A stretch of DNA of 64,000 nt from the NCBI RefSeq assembly GCF_022045235.1, contig NW_027266286.1:39804001-39868000 (forward strand), given 5' to 3'. Of this stretch, positions 63,401 through 64,000 are shown piece by piece. The notes beneath the pieces are model-generated. The model was not told where the DNA came from, did not search any database, and saw only the letters and a program-made list of their open reading frames with translations. Both the position numbers and the translations under genes were made by a program. Positions within the stretch are counted from its first letter, which is position 1. Each line of letters opens with the position of its first letter. Source of the stretch: Haliotis cracherodii. Its lineage: Eukaryota.

Positions 63401-64000
63401 TGGAAGCATGGGATGATAAACCTCCAGGCTTACACATTGTACCAAACTACAAGCAGTATCCTCTTACCAGTGACAACAGTGTGTTTAATGTGTTGACTGA
63501 AGTTGATGACTCCCTTGATGATAAGAGCAAGGACAACTATGTGATAAAATCCAAGTGTGATTTAGGAGACAACAATCAATGTCATAAGGAAAGTGAAATC
63601 CAGGCTGGCAGCAGTGTTGCTATACAGCTGTCCAGGAAGGTATCAAGAGGTAAAAGTGTGTCCTTTAACTTGCAGCAGGAATCTTCAACAGATGATTCAT
63701 TTCTGTCTGATGAAGACATCTATATGGCTGCAACGCAAATGGATGCAAGTGTATCTGAAGCTTTGCAAAATAAAGCCAACAATTTATCAAAAGATAAAGC
63801 TATTGTTAGCTCAGATAATACCCAAGTTGTTGTAGCAAGGAAAACAGAACTATGCCAGGATCAACATGTGTGTAGCCAAGAAAAGAAAATGCGAAAGACT
63901 GCTTCAGTTAAGTCAGTTGTATGGTCGTCTCCCAATGTAGAAATGAGGCCTCCAGTATTTAAACCTTCTAAGTCATCCATGGGGAGGAAAAGCACTATTA
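60445..64000 (+). CDS. Large Ser/Asp/Glu-rich, probably disordered nuclear protein (>=1185 aa, runs off the window)
   Basis: Acceptor ttgtcttctag at 60426; in-frame TAA then ATG 60445 (MWLSKSK...); no stop found in this frame to 64000, so it is absent from the ORF track; RKRRR NLS, SIM-like and SQ/TQ motifs. Confidence 0.85.
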   Translation, partial: MWLSKSKTSSKDDTSSKQTTQGIGSQQHDLFNTRKRRRWEVSDEYLDNRRSVSEKPSTAKKTKAAASTSQYEDEVSDEEFVIIDLFSSDEHETSSQMLKSDVKNVSHISSSQKKKTPNDTRSTASNSQVSPIYNTSSIFKKFQNQSGGRGASSSKQGFDDEMMFTQDAGDTDLPELSWPKRRTVRLSQRHSSASSQSQASQSPKRNKSMSQIVSRVISDINSSSSDAEETLAEKLLTLKRHAKQQSADSKSNKAKSCGQVMKSPGDTLTALKPRPNKLSLNKKTQNVSSDSFSDFVILETSNGDSSSDDIPTSKENIKNEQSFVAIAKRGKVSTTCAPYRGVYEKDNKCDSQICKGERHKDIGNVTKSNSTSVWQSSAMTKSSKKNASSSASDSEPPLSRANLDADRKKGQAPYKSRTSTITSSRKAKIKRDYESFSDDDISCHSEASSDSEGEYHCPPLPQKASRKSKAIVSSSDEETQEYQYEQGEHQTRTPALSSFIVSQTAKEKLKKVVSATCKMECRRGSTQDGDATQQYDFKVYDNRNLESMSFQTAADIKQTKETKSAQGGETVPGSKTKDDEIDDELTQPPDTLFDSQEGDDSDIMVIGLDEDVTQPMEEDDEELTQEPSQTVYGNPPELSLVDAMLHQKCPSNISDVDPPLLSQQVLNPKVISCVKPPMVETAITGRSFTESKKIESRSGGSTDSNASENCLLFKPVCDSNRKGEEINENSGVFDHSKHSEISVSGFHEKYVAASKQDRAEDTRKEFTDIPDDFESIKVKKEGVKIKQEKLELPIKLPCYTQEEDVIFVYDSSDDEALIDLSQTNVRSEHISDTDSMFDVFDHSDTELFDLDFGEEDVTLVNDSDQDKSLEEIAEEDRNPFDHLGESDESDQEQIQGTTTTKKKGTFDFESVSDNSKHANCQMSSKPGKRRSIWEISSDSDEEEIFHPEHGSPHSMSVSKVLETNQVEDIYLAETQVDDVEDNGEMLEAWDDKPPGLHIVPNYKQYPLTSDNSVFNVLTEVDDSLDDKSKDNYVIKSKCDLGDNNQCHKESEIQAGSSVAIQLSRKVSRGKSVSFNLQQESSTDDSFLSDEDIYMAATQMDASVSEALQNKANNLSKDKAIVSSDNTQVVVARKTELCQDQHVCSQEKKMRKTASVKSVVWSSPNVEMRPPVFKPSKSSMGRKSTI

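Noticed and set aside
60401-63835. Short ORFs in alternative frames or antisense over the large exon (similarly over 40511-42073)
   Set aside because: Shadow ORFs of the long main frame

Overview
AT-rich, intron-containing animal genomic DNA. The SINE and Helentron-like repeats suggest a mollusc, possibly abalone (inference). Host genes, assembled by hand from splice sites: (1) the 5' part of a TBC1D15/17-type Rab-GAP on the minus strand, head-to-head with (2) a complete six-exon RAB21 across a 458-bp gap with two CRE sites; RAB21 needs a GC-AG intron. (3) A complete nine-exon, 500-aa clan-2-type cytochrome P450. (4) A single-coding-exon 520-aa protein I cannot assign, with a uORF-rich leader. 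(5) A >=1185-codon SIM/SQ-TQ-rich ORF that runs off the window end and is missing from the ORF track. The main accessory element is a complete but decayed 7.7-kb ISL2EU-type (PIF/Harbinger-related) transposon with TIRs and an AT TSD, carrying convergent THAP-DDE and SAP-SWIM-YqaJ genes. Also present: a full-length mariner, non-autonomous Kolobok-, hAT-, Tc2- and MULE-like elements, tRNA-SINEs and several minisatellites, including a hairpin-bearing 47-mer at two loci that grades into a 24/25-mer. There is no CRISPR array or prokaryotic system. I found no system I can show to be novel; the best candidates are listed as findings.
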